A DNA stretch of 64,000 bases from Vitrella brassicaformis CCMP3155 (Eukaryota > Protista > Chromerida), in the NCBI GenBank assembly GCA_001179505.1, contig CDMY01000427.1, positions 1 to 64,000 of the forward strand, given 5' to 3'. The translations under genes and the position numbers were made by a program. Below, piece after piece: positions 28,008 to 39,731 of this stretch (its first letter is position 1; every line of letters begins with the position of its first letter). The notes beneath the pieces are model-generated. The model was given only the letters and a program-made list of their open reading frames with translations. It had not been told where the DNA came from and searched no databases.

Positions 28008-30155
28008 ATGGCGGAGGTAGGCAGAAAACAGCCAGATCTTGAAGGCTGAAAAACACGGAGATCAGCCAGATGATGCCAGAAGCAAAGGACACTAAGCGAA
28101 TCACTGCTGTGCCTTATCTGTGCCTTATTTGTGCCCTGCTGTGTGTGTGTGTGGCAATGTGTTTTCAGGCAAAGCCAGCAGTTGACAAGAAGGTGCTGCA
28201 CAAGGCGTTGAACAAGCGCGGCAAGACCAAGAAGGACAAGTATGGCGTCATGAGCTACGCCATCTGGATCGGCGCCGTCATCGCCCTCATCGTCGGCGGC
28301 GTCGTCATTCTCATCATCAACCCAGAGAAGAAACCACACCAGGTCTGCCTGCTGCAGACATGGCAGACGACATCCAATGGCATGCACACACACGCGTCGG
28401 CTCGTGTATGTATGTGTGTGTAATCTCTGCAGATGGCTGTGAACGATGACCTGCTGATAGCTCAGATCAACTCGGTGTCAACATTGTTTAAGGCTGGCGC
28501 GTCGGCTTTCTTTGAGGTGAGCATCCAATCAACCACACATCCGTCCATCCATCCATCCATGTGTGTGTGTCCATTTCTCTGTACTACAGAATTGGTCGAT
28601 AGGCGACGTCAAGAAGCGTGCCGGCATTGGGCTCACCAACCGGGTCAACCCACACCAGTGCAACGTCAACACCAAGATGAAAATGCCGGCGGAATTCGAC
28701 GCCAGGGAGAAATGGCCGGCGTGCTTCAAGCACCCGGTAGGGAGAGGGAGATGGGCACACAGACGGACGGCACGGATGCCTCTGCGTCTGTGTGTATGTA
28801 ATGTCAGGTGTATGACGCCGGCAACTGCACAAGCACCTGGGCCATCATGGGTGCCTCGACGGTGTCCAACCGGTTCTGCATCCAAGACCCTAACACCTAC
28901 TCGGCACTCAGACTCAGCCCACAGGTAGGCGGCCACCCATCCAATTTGCAATGCGTGTCTATCACGCGCCCTGAGTGAGTGTGGGTGTATTGTGTGTGTG
29001 CAGACATCGCTGTCTTGTGACACGCTGAACCGAGGGTGCGATGGAGGGGACCTGGACACAATGTGGTTCCACTATGAGAAGGAGGGGCTCGTCACCGAGA
29101 AGTGCTTCCCGTAAGACAACCAACCACACACACACCACACACACACACACGGGCCACGGTGTGTGTAAACGGGTGCGTCCGTCAGTTATACTGCCGATCC
29201 TGATGTGGGCTGCGAGGAGAAGTGCAACGACGAGCAGCCGCTCAAGATTGTCGCCCACTGTCTCGTCCACTCAGAGGACGGAATCAAACGGTACACCCAC
29301 TCAACACACAACAACACAGCTTCGTTCGTGTGTGTCATTTAATGACTGACTGACAGTGAGGTGCTGCAGAACGGCCCAGTTGTGGCGCCAGTGACGCTCA
29401 ACGACGACCTCCTCGTATACAAACAGGGCATCTACAAGGTGAGTGAGGCGGAGCCACCCGCGGACGCACGCAGTGCAGTGGACGGATGCATCATCATCAT
29501 GTGTGTCTGTCTGTGTGCTGTTGTTGATTTAGCCGCTGGCCACGGCCAAGAGGCTGGTGACGGACAGGCGGTACCCCGTCATACACGCCGTCAAAATCAT
29601 CGGTGGACCCTACACACATACACACACAAGACATACCAGAGAGAGAGAGACGGCTGGATGTCTGTCTCTCTCTCTGTGTGTGTTGTGTGCGTTGTGTGTG
29701 CCGTCACACAGGTTGGGGCGAGAAGAACCGTCAGCCGTATTGGCTTGTGGAGAATGCCTGGGGCGAGGACTGGGGTGAGGGCGGCTACGCCAAGATCGCC
29801 ATCGAGAGGGACACCAAAGACAAAGACGACCACACCAAATCGGTCGTACTCAGCTACTGCTTCGCACGTGAGTGAGACCCCATCCATCCCCCCTCTCTCC
29901 CCACCAATATCAGACGCATCTCAATGCGTGTGTGTGTGTGTGTGTGCAGCCACGCCATCAAACAAGGTGATGGAAGAGCAGAGCACCGCTGGCCGAGGAG
30001 GGGACGAGGCCAAGTATGAGGCCGACCTGGACTTGGCGGCCGACGACCTGCTGGCCGAAGATGAAGAGGAGGAAGATGAGGAAGAGGCAGATGAGGGTGC
30101 CGAGGGGGACGATGATGAGGAACACGCTGAGGAGGATGTCGCACTGGATGAGTGA
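28008..30155 (+). CDS. Cathepsin B-like papain-family (C1A) protein with catalytic Cys replaced by Thr, an N-terminal TM anchor and an acidic tail
   Basis: MPAEFDAREKWPAC, VYDAGNCTSTWAI, SCDTLNRGCDGG, NGPV, YKQGIY, HAVKIIGWG and YWLVENAWGEDWGEGGY. TM segment YAIWIGAVIALIVGGVVILII. Confidence 0.9.
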
Positions 30156-31218
30156 ATAGGCAGGCAGGCAGGCAGGATGGTCAGCAGCGAGCCTGTCGGC
30201 CGATGTCATGGTATGTATGTTTTTCGTGTCTCGCTGTTCGGCTTTTTACTTTTTTCTCGGTGTTTTTCCTTTCCTTTCCTTCTTGCCTCCTTTCTCTCCA
30301 TGTGTGTGTCCATGTGTGTGTAATGGTGAATCCCCCTTGTAGAGCCCTGTGTGTGGGGGTATCACTCACCCACTGTGTGTGTGCGTGTCTGTCGTCGGCT
30401 GGCTACTGCCGGGCGGCACTTCGGACAAGGACAGGCAGGCCAGCCATTTATGTGTCCGTAAGCTCTTAGGGGTCGTGCTGCCTGTGTGCATGATAATTAA
30501 CCATGTCTGCGCGCGCGTGTCGATGCGACGATTCTGCATTGTGATGGATGGATGGATGGATGGACGGATGGGTGATAATTGAAGGCTGTGATGGTGAACG
30601 TGAGTGAGACATGCACCAGAGACATCAGCTCCATCCATCCATCCATCTATCCGCCCATCGTCCACGAGAGCATACCGGTGGCTTCCCGCTGTCACAGTGT
30701 TGTGTGTGGGTATTGTTGACACCTTGATTGGATGCAATTGGCTTTCATTCGATGTGCAGGCAACACGACACGGAAAGAATGTGGTACGCTGGAACAGTAA
30801 GAGCAGCCAGAAGGGACGCCGGCATTGCAGGGGGAGGCAAAGAAGAGAAGAGCAAAAGGCCATCGCACAATGGGGTGGGTGTGAGTCGGCTTGTCTGTCT
30901 TGGGTTCAAAAATCGAGGCATTCCAGACGGTTACAACACAACACGGAAAGAAACAACATTGTACCCGGCATGGCCAGAAGAAGACGACCAATATAAAACG
31001 TAGGCAGCAATTGAACGAACGCCCCCTCCTCCTCTTCTCCTCTTGAGGGGCATCCAAAGGAATAGGCTGGGTGGTGGATGCTTTGTGTGCGTGTGTGGCG
31101 GAGAAATGCTTAGAAAAGTCAGGCGTCGCCTCCAATGCTAAACCGTACGCACCACTCAGTACTAGATTTGTCTATCTTCCTCCCTCCCTCCTCGCTCCCC
31201 GCCTGCCGCTGACTTCCC

Positions 31219-31992
31219 TTACACCCTCCTCACGATGTATCCCTTCTTCGTCGTGCGCACACCCGCTCCCGTGTCGAGGGAGGGGTTGTGGTTGCCGGTG
31301 GTGAGCTCGTCCTCGCCCCTTGTCGGTCCCTGCCGGCACGTCAGTCGCCTTGACGCCATCACGCAGCCCTGCACAAGGCGTTGCACCACCACTGGGACTG
31401 GCCTGCTGCACCACTGGGGGCCTGGACCTGCCTCCATCACTGCCTCCAGGCGGCAGCTGACGACTCGACAGGCCGCCGCCAGACTGAGGTGTCGTGCGCT
31501 CTGATGCGGGGCTGCTGCCGCCCGACTGGCGATCTGCGCGAGGGGGGATGTGGCCACCACGGTGTGTGGGGCCGCCCGATATGTCCTTGTCGAGAGGGCC
31601 CAGGTTGATGGGTCCTGGTGGAAATGTGGGCGATGCGCCGTTGGACACCTTTGTGCAGGGGGACGAGGGCTGCTGGTTCCCATGCCGCTCCATGGCGTGG
31701 GGTCACTGCTCCCACCGGGGCTGGGCAGCGGGCTGGTCTGCCGCACCACTGGGGCGAAGCCGAGCGACGGGACGGCGTTGGCGGGCATTGATGTCTCGTC
31801 TTCACTGGCCTCGCCATACTGGTGCTCTGCTGCGGCAGACTGGGTGAGATGGGGAGGAGGCAGATCGCGTGTGGGGGCGGACGAGAGGGGAGGGGCGACG
31901 GGGACGTCCTCGCGCGACATGGGACGGGATGCGCCACCTCCACATCCGCACCGACAGTAGGTGGCATCGGTCGGCTCGGCCCGCCGACCCAC
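31219..31992 (-). pseudogene. Inverted, rearranged copy of the 9140-9410 module (SSAPTRDLPP...EHQYGEASEDET.MPANAVPS.GFAPV..QTS.LPSP...TPCAGLRDGVKATD)
   Basis: High nucleotide and peptide similarity to 9140-9410. An insertion splits the module and the second half is in another frame. Confidence 0.8.
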
Positions 31993-32442
31993 GTCCTACC
32001 CCGGCCGCGGAAGTAGGTCTCGGGTGATAGTCTTCAGGACATCAGACGTGTAGTTCTTGTAGGGATCATAGCTGACAGAGAAGTCGCAGCAGAGGGCGGA
32101 CACGTGTATGGGCGTGTGGTGACGTCCCTCCCTCCCTCCCTCCCTACCTCGTCACGGGAATGAAGTGTGAAACATAGCGCCCGATAGCGTGGCACCCGAA
32201 CAGCACGTAGTCCTGACCACCCACACCATCAGGCGCACTCATCTGTATAACCTCCCTCCATCCATTTCCCCCCTATGTGCTTTGCGCGGCTACATACCTC
32301 GTGGAACAGAACGGGAAATTCCATGTCGTTTGGGCCCATTCAAACTTGACTCCGTACTGATTGATGCATTCATGCCGACACACAAGAACACGCATCCATG
32401 TGTGACTGCATAAGTGTGTATGTGTGTGTGTGACGTGTGTAC

Positions 32443-32543
32443 CTTTTGGTAGATGGCGAAGGCCTCCTCGAACAGCTGGTACTGCAATTGCGGTACTGCT
32501 CGTCCTCATTGTTCAAGTCGACGAACTCCTCCGCCGGGTCTGA
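32443..32543 (-). pseudogene. Decayed clathrin heavy chain fragment
   Basis: SDPAEEFVDLNNED (frameshift) QYQLFEEAFAIYQK resembles CHC (SDPSRVMEYINRLDNYD...EYxLFEEAFxIYKK, recalled). Ends at donor AAG|GTACAC. Confidence 0.55.
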
Positions 32544-34284
32544 AGTTTGTATGGTGCGGATACGGTTGTGGTCACTGCCGTCGACATATAAAATGTAGGA
32601 GGCGATGCAGACAGGCGACTGAAGTGAGGAGGGAAGTGACAGAGACACGACACTATACGAGAAGAGCAGTGTATGTGTGTGCGTATACCTCTGCCTCTCC
32701 TTCTCCCTCTTCAAGTCCCTCTCCTTGGCCCGCACGTGGCGCGGCACATACACCCCCGTCGGACCACCAGCACCAGCACTGGTCGGCGAGTCCTTGCCTG
32801 TCGCCGATGTGGCGGGCTTGGCCGGGCCTGCTATTGACACCTCAGGGGCGATGGAGTGGGCGAGGGGGCGGGTGACCGGGTTCGTCGTCTCAGGGGCAGC
32901 AAACGGCTGGGACGTCACACCATTCGCATCGGCAGGAGACCCAGACACTTGCGGCCTCTCACAGGCGGCAAGCAGCAGGCCAGGGGGGCGATGGCGATGG
33001 CGATGGCGATGGCTGGGGCGAGGGGTCATCCGTCTTGGCCTCCTTGGCTTCATTCAGCCGCTGCTGCGACTTCTTGGGAGGGGTCTCGTGAGCGCAGACG
33101 GGCTTGCCAAGACCCTTGGCCGATGTGGTGGTGTTTCGTCCGGTGAGTTAGAATTGCCCTTGCCGACGAGCGATATGGTGGCCCTCTTGCCCTTGGGGGG
33201 ACGGCTGGTCTTGGCCGCTCCTCGCTGGTACAGCTCTCTCCGATGTCGGGCTTGGCCCTCCCACCCCTCTCCCTCTCCTCATCCCTCACGCTAGAAGTAG
33301 ATTTCTTCTGCACCTTCGGCTGCTGCTGCTGCGGCTGGGCCTCAGCACCGTGACGGTATTTGGTCGCCATATCAATGGTCGGTTGAATTCTGCTGAGGCA
33401 TCGTCACTTAGAAGTTAGAACCAAGGGAAGGGACAGTCCATCTCGTCGGACGACAACGTCGGTTCGTCGGGGGCTCGCACCAAATGGGGGCCACGCGATC
33501 GCCTGAAACCAAGCCCGCAAGCGATTCAATGGATGTTCAGTGTGATGTTTGGTGGCCCTTCTGTACCTGGATGAGGCCGTCCATCGGTCATCGTGACGTC
33601 TGCAATGCTCCACACACGCCCAGACAAACATCCTTGGGTTTCTCTCTTCTGCTTTTTGTTTTCTGTGGCAAAGGCCCGCACCCCCCGTGGCTTGCTTACG
33701 TCGGACAGAGATAGGATGACATTGGTGTGCGGACATCCGATTGGCCACTTGCGACAAAATATAAAATGGAGGCAGCGATGGATTGGCTGCAGTGAACAGA
33801 CACACACAGAGGGGAATGTGTGTTAATGAGAACTGACAAGGCGGTCATTTCTTACCTCATCTCACCGAGACACAGCCCGTTGCCTGATAGCTGACTTTAG
33901 GCGAGTGAGACACGACAATCCTTCCATGAGGATGTCGACGTGTATGTGTGCGTCGGTGTAGGTCCCTGGGTGTGTGACGCCTGGGACTTTTGTTGCGGCA
34001 TCGTCGACGACTCAGAAGCAGCGGTCAGGGAAGTACATCATGCTGTTGGGGGGGTGGGGGGGTTCAGGCCTTGACGCTAGTGGCAACGAATGAGCGAACA
34101 GACGAATGAGCGAGCACCCGCCCTCCCTCGGGATGGTAGTGGTGGGGTGGCCCTTGCTCCATCTCACGGTTCATCCCCGCCGGCACAGGGGACTAGCGTG
34201 GCGATGGCGACGGCGGCAACTGATGCTGACAAGTGGCGTTGTAGCTGGTGTACTGCTGCTGATGATGCTGCTGGTGTTGGTGTT

Positions 34285-34900
34285 GGTGTTGGTGCCGCTG
34301 GATGGGTGGCGAGGGGATGAACTGTTCGTGAGGGCCGGAAAAGGGGCTGAGTGGCTGGAAGAAGGGCCCCCGTCCTCCTCTGAACGCCGTCATGTCCACC
34401 ACCGGCTGCACGAACGCGTTGCGAGTGGTCTGATGGGAGGGGGGAGGGGGGAGTGGAGGGGCGCGTGAGGGAGGGGGGGGAGGCTGCCACGCGCTGTCAC
34501 GCCGACCTTGTCCGGCCTGACAGGACACACAGACACCACGGGATGAGCGAAATGCGTCCTCCTGACCCCATGGATGGCCGAGAGGCACTCCCGACCTCCC
34601 CATCGGTGCATGAGCCCTGTGCGTGCGGTGTGCACCCCCTCACCATCGGGTGAGAGCCATGCGGCAGCTGTGCAGCATCTGAGCGAGGTCCCTGACCTCC
34701 GTGGGAATGCATCGGTCAATTCGTTGGGGGCTCGCACCAAATGGGGGCCACGCAATCCACCTAACCAAGCCGCAAGCGATTCAGTTGATGTTAAGTGGGA
34801 TGGTTCGTGGCCCTTCTGTACCTGAATCCATCGGTCCTCGTGACCTCTGCAATGCTCCACACGCTTTAGCAGACAGCCACAAACTTTGTGTGGTGCGGTT
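34285..34900. repeat. Segmental duplication, copy 1 (partner at about 42490-43450)
   Basis: Near-identical runs such as TGGTGCCGCTGGATGGGTGGCGAGGGGATGAACTG...CCTGACAGGACACACAGACACCACGGGATGAGCGAAATGCG...GCATCGGTCAATTCGTTGGGGGCTCGCACCA. Confidence 0.85.
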
Positions 34901-35437
34901 GTGATTGTGGTCACTTTCTGTCGACATATAAAACGTAGGCGGCGATGCAGATAGGCGACTGAAATGAGAGAGACACATAGAGACACGAAAGTGAATAAGA
35001 GGAGCAAGGTTTGTGTGTGTGTGTGTGTGCCCCTCCTGTTTTCGTGTGTGCTCACCTGCAAGCGCCTGTGTGGAGAAAGGGCAAGCGACACATGCGCTGC
35101 GACACACCATACAGGGGGGAATTGTGCACCGACGCCCTCAGACACAGCGGGACATCCCAATGACACAGCCAACAGCCGTCCAGCCCGTCAGCAGAAGAAA
35201 GTGGCCATCCATCCAGACCGACACCCACGCAGGCAGGCGGGCAGGCAGGCAGGCAGGCAGGCAGAGAGAGAGAGAGAGAGATGAAGAGAGACCGGCAGCA
35301 GACCCACACAATAGTGCCCCCCGCTCACACAAGATGCCACCCAGACGATACGGATCCCCTCAGGCAGACACACAGACACAGATGCAGATGCAGATGCATG
35401 CATGGAGCCACCCACCCCCCACGCACCCACACGTCGA

Positions 35438-37740
35438 TCATGCCCCCCATATACTGTGCCAGAGGTCCCTGCCAGCTTGGCATGTCGCCGCCCATCCCAC
35501 TTTCGCCCTCATCCACCTGTCCTGGTCTGCCGCCCTGACCGCCCACATGGCCTCTTGGGCATCCCACTCCCAGAGGTCATGGCGCTGCGGTTGCTCACTC
35601 CAGTACCAGCCCCCGTGGATGTTGTTGTGCACCACGTCGTGCACGACGGCCATCGGGGCCATCTCGGCGGGGACCAGCACCTTCGTGAAGCAACTCACCA
35701 TGTTCTCCAGGCCTGGGGCGGGCACATAGGGAGGCTCTGGGTGGCGCTGCGGGGAGGAGCTCGGTGGTGGCGGCGATGAGGGAGTCGTCGTCTGCTGCCG
35801 GTGCTGCCAGTGCTGCTGGTGCTGCTGGTGCTGAGTCATGGCCGGTGCTGCTGTGGCGCCACCGGGCACGAAGTCCTTGGCGAACGGGTTGAGCTGGTGC
35901 TCCCGGCTGGTTGCGGTGCTGGTGGCTGCCTGAGTGACTGCTACCGTGTGTGGGATGGCGGGGACGGCCTGGGGGGTCAGGGGTGAGTCCGGCAACGCAT
36001 CATAGGACGCTGGGGACCCACCAGGCGACCCTGACCCCGTCTCGGCACCAGAGTCGTCGCCTGAACCAGACAGACAGACAGACAGATCAATGAAGTGAGA
36101 TACCATCCATCACCATGCTAGATGCCTTCCTCTGGTGTGTATTTCTTTGCCCACCCTCAGTCTGCACTCTCTTGAGAGCCGGCGATGCCGCCGCACTGCA
36201 GGAGTAGGGGATGCCGGACTCCACAGCCTGGCGCACAGCTGCCGACTCCAGCAGCTCCAGCCCTCTAAACAGCCGCTCCTCCATCTCTCGCAGCGACGCC
36301 CTCTCCCTCTGCTTGGTTCGCAGCCCCCCTGCTGCCGTGGCCCCCAACAGGTCCACCCAGCTCTTCGTCCACTCCACGCCGGGCGTGGCGAAGAAGGCGG
36401 CGAGTGGGCATGTGGGATGCCCATGGTGGAGGGGGTGGTGGGTGTGGCCGTCGATGAGCTTGGGCATGTGCTCCTCCCACTGCAGGGCCATCTGCTGCTC
36501 CCTCCTCAGCTTGACGTGCTGCCACTCTGCACCCGTAGGAGGGACGGGGAGCCCCGCCATGATGGTTTCGAAGACGGGGCGGCCTCGGAGGGCGGCAAGG
36601 TAGCTCATGCCGACTCCCCACGAGAGGCTCGGCTCACCGACGAGCACGGCCTCCTCCTTGCCTCTCCCCGTCAGCATGCCCTCCGACCGCAACTCCTTGC
36701 GCTGCTCCTGCCACCCCGCGAAGATGGCGTCGGTCGTCGGGTCGCCACTGGTCGACGCGGCGTCTTGGTCGGCATCCTCGTCCTCCTCATCATCCGGCCC
36801 CATCATCACCACGAAGTGCTCGGGCGACATGTACCAGTTGGTCCCCTCCGGTGGCGCCTCCTGTGCCTCGGTGTCGAGGGGAATGCGAGCGGCTCTCGGG
36901 CCCAGAAAGGCGGGGTGTGCGTATGGGCGGGGCGACGGGGGCGCTGCGTGGGCCTTGGCGAGGTCGATCATGACGGTGCCGTTGACGGAGGGGTGGCGCT
37001 CCAGGGTGTGGTCTCGGCCGCGGAGGGCCTCCCAGGGCAGCATGATGTTGTTGACAAACCCATCCAGGCAGTACACGCCGTTCAGACGCGCAAGCCCGGT
37101 GGGCCTGTGTGGCCAGGACGAGGGCCTTCTGGATGACCTTGACGGCATCCAGCACCTTGGTCCACGCCTCTCTGGTGTTGCTGCCCTGCAGAAAATCCCT
37201 CACGACCGCCACGAGGTTGTACTTGAGCCGCTCCTGCCTCTCCTTCTTCGTCCACCCCAACAAGACCGACAGCTCGACGTAGACCTCATCTGCACGCACG
37301 AACAGCACACACAGCCACACACACAAAGGTGTTCGTGCTCTGATGGTCCTTCCTGTCCCTTCTCCCCAACACATGCAGTGACACTCTCAGAATCTGCCCT
37401 CTTATCGCTCACCGAGCAGCGGCGGCATGGCTATGCACAGGATGTCTACAGTGCTGCCGTCAGGGCGGGCGGTGTCGGCCGCGAGCAGTCGCAGAAAGGG
37501 GGGCCGGCCTCGCCGCTCCTGCATCCGCCTCACCTCAGCCTCCATCTCGCTCCTCGCCCTCGTCTTCTCTGCCGCCGTCAGCCCCCCCAGCTCCCTTGTC
37601 TTGATGGCTACATCGTCGGTGTCCTCTGGGGGGCTGTAATGTCGTCGCGGCAGCCTCCCTCTCAGCGTGGCGCTCCTCTCGTTATCAAATGTGACGGTAC
37701 GGCCGTCGATCCACTTGAGCTGTGACGCAGACATGCTCAT
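35438..37740 (-). pseudogene. Divergent protein kinase with C-terminal PAM2 motif and Trp-rich tail; one frameshift at about 37080-37095
   Basis: Kinase motifs in order: DVAIK, EAEVRRMQ, GVYCLDGFVNNIML, MIDLAKA, GTNWYMSPE, SWGVGMSYLAALRGRPVF and ERASLREM. The last exon contains LNPFAKDFVP (35864-35893). Exons join in frame except at the frameshift. Confidence 0.72.
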
Positions 37741-38579
37741 CTCCTCTTGCTAGTTTGATCTCCTGCCGGCAGCCGTCCCACTCTTCTGCGGCTGTGGGAG
37801 TGGCTGCATACTTGCAGCAGCATCTGAGCCAGTACGTGACGAGCTCTTGTTCACGGATCTGAGAGCCGCACCCTGATGGAATGAAGAGACACGTGTGCTT
37901 GCTTCTTTCTTTGTTTGTATGTTTGTTTGTTTGTTGGCGTGGTGTGCGTACCCGACAGGGTGGAATCGTGAGGACCGATTCTCGCCACAAGACCACCAAA
38001 CACCTCCGCCGCCCCATATCCGAAACCCGTGATAAGAGGGACGCTCAAATATAAAATGTAAGCAGCAATTGAGGCGCCTGACAATGAGAGAGAGAGAGAG
38101 AGAGAGGGAGACGTGATAGAGAATGACGTATGTCCTCATTGTGTGCTCACGCTCGAGCCGCCTCTTCGCCTCTCTTCCGCGCGAGGACGACCCTTCTGCA
38201 TCTTGGCTGCTCCGCATCCTCGCCAATCTGAGCAGGTGGCTCGGTCTCACTCGCCGCGGCAGCCTCACCCTCGTCCTTGCCCTCAGTCTCTTGTGGCGAG
38301 TCTACTGTGTGTGGTGGATTCACGTGGGTTCTTGTGTGGTGTCTTCACGTGGGTTTTTACATCGGCCGCATCGACAAGGCGTTGCTCCTGCTCCTCGTCG
38401 TGATCTGAGTGCACCCACACAAGGCAGACCGAGAGACGGACAATGAGATGAGATGCATCATTGTGTGGCAGGCCCGCCCACCGTATGTATCTCTCCTACC
38501 GCGGTAGTCTCCTCCTGCCGGGGCCCGTGCTGTGTCGTGTCGCGTGCTGTGTCGTGATGGTATGGATGGTACAGCACAG

Positions 38580-39375
38580 CGGCTCTCTAGCTGTCTGTCT
38601 GTATGTTTGTGTATGTGTGTATGATCAATCGACATATATGACATCCATCCATCCATCCATTCATCCATCCATCCGGACAGACAGACAGACAGACAGACAG
38701 ACACACAGACAGACAGACAGACACACAGACAGACAGACACACAGACAGACACCAGGGAGGCAGACAGACGGACACAGCACACACCACACCACACCACACC
38801 CCACTACACAGTGATGTTGGGCGCCCCAACCCAATGAACCCTACACCCACACAGAAATAAAAATGTACAGAAACGCACGACACCTACGTACAGACACCCA
38901 CCCCTCTCCCTTCCCCCCTGCCCCCTCGCCCCCATCCCCCGTGCCACAGCATCGAGCCATCAGCACCGAACCCCTCCCGCGGATCCCCGCTGTGTGTAAA
39001 CGGGTATGCAGACATCCATGTGTGTGTCGGTCGTGTGCGTGTGACCAAGACAAGACGCCTCCATTGTGCCCATCTACAACTGACGCACACCCTCCCAGCG
39101 TGAGGCCGTGTCGGACTTACAGCGGCTCTGTCTGTATGTCTGTGTGCGTATGATCAATCGATATGACATCCATCCATCCATCCATCCAGACAGACAGACA
39201 GGCAGGCAGGAGGGCGGACAGACAGACAGACAGACGGACAAACCACACACCACAACCACTACACACTCATGCCCAAAAAAAAAAAACAGATGCCCGAAAC
39301 CCCATGGACCCTACACCCACACAAAAAGAGAAATGTAGGAAATGCACGACACCCACGCACAGACACCGTCCCCTC

Positions 39376-39410
<35 letters not shown>

Positions 39411-39412
39411 CC
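38580..39412. repeat. Tandem duplication of a ~350-500 bp microsatellite-rich intronic block
   Basis: 38581-38940 and 39121-39412 share TATGATCAATCGA..ATGACATCCATCC...ACCCTACACCCACACA...AATGTA..AAA.GCACGACACC. A related block occurs inverted at about 12960-13030. Confidence 0.75.
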
Positions 39413-39712
39413 NNNNNNNNNNNNNNNNNNNNNNNNNNNNNNNNNNNNNNNNNNNNNNNNNNNNNNNNNNNNNNNNNNNNNNNNNNNNNNNNNNNNNNNN
39501 NNNNNNNNNNNNNNNNNNNNNNNNNNNNNNNNNNNNNNNNNNNNNNNNNNNNNNNNNNNNNNNNNNNNNNNNNNNNNNNNNNNNNNNNNNNNNNNNNNNN
39601 NNNNNNNNNNNNNNNNNNNNNNNNNNNNNNNNNNNNNNNNNNNNNNNNNNNNNNNNNNNNNNNNNNNNNNNNNNNNNNNNNNNNNNNNNNNNNNNNNNNN
39701 NNNNNNNNNNNN
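39413..39712. other. Assembly gap (300 N) after a poly-C run
   Basis: Read directly. Confidence 0.99.
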
Positions 39713-39731
39713 CCATCCCCTTCCAGCAAGT

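Noticed and set aside
35438-37740. Calling the kinase-PAM2 gene PAN3
   Set aside because: PAN3 has PAM2 N-terminal to a pseudokinase, followed by a coiled coil and knob domain. Here PAM2 is C-terminal, the catalytic D/N/K residues are retained and no knob is evident.
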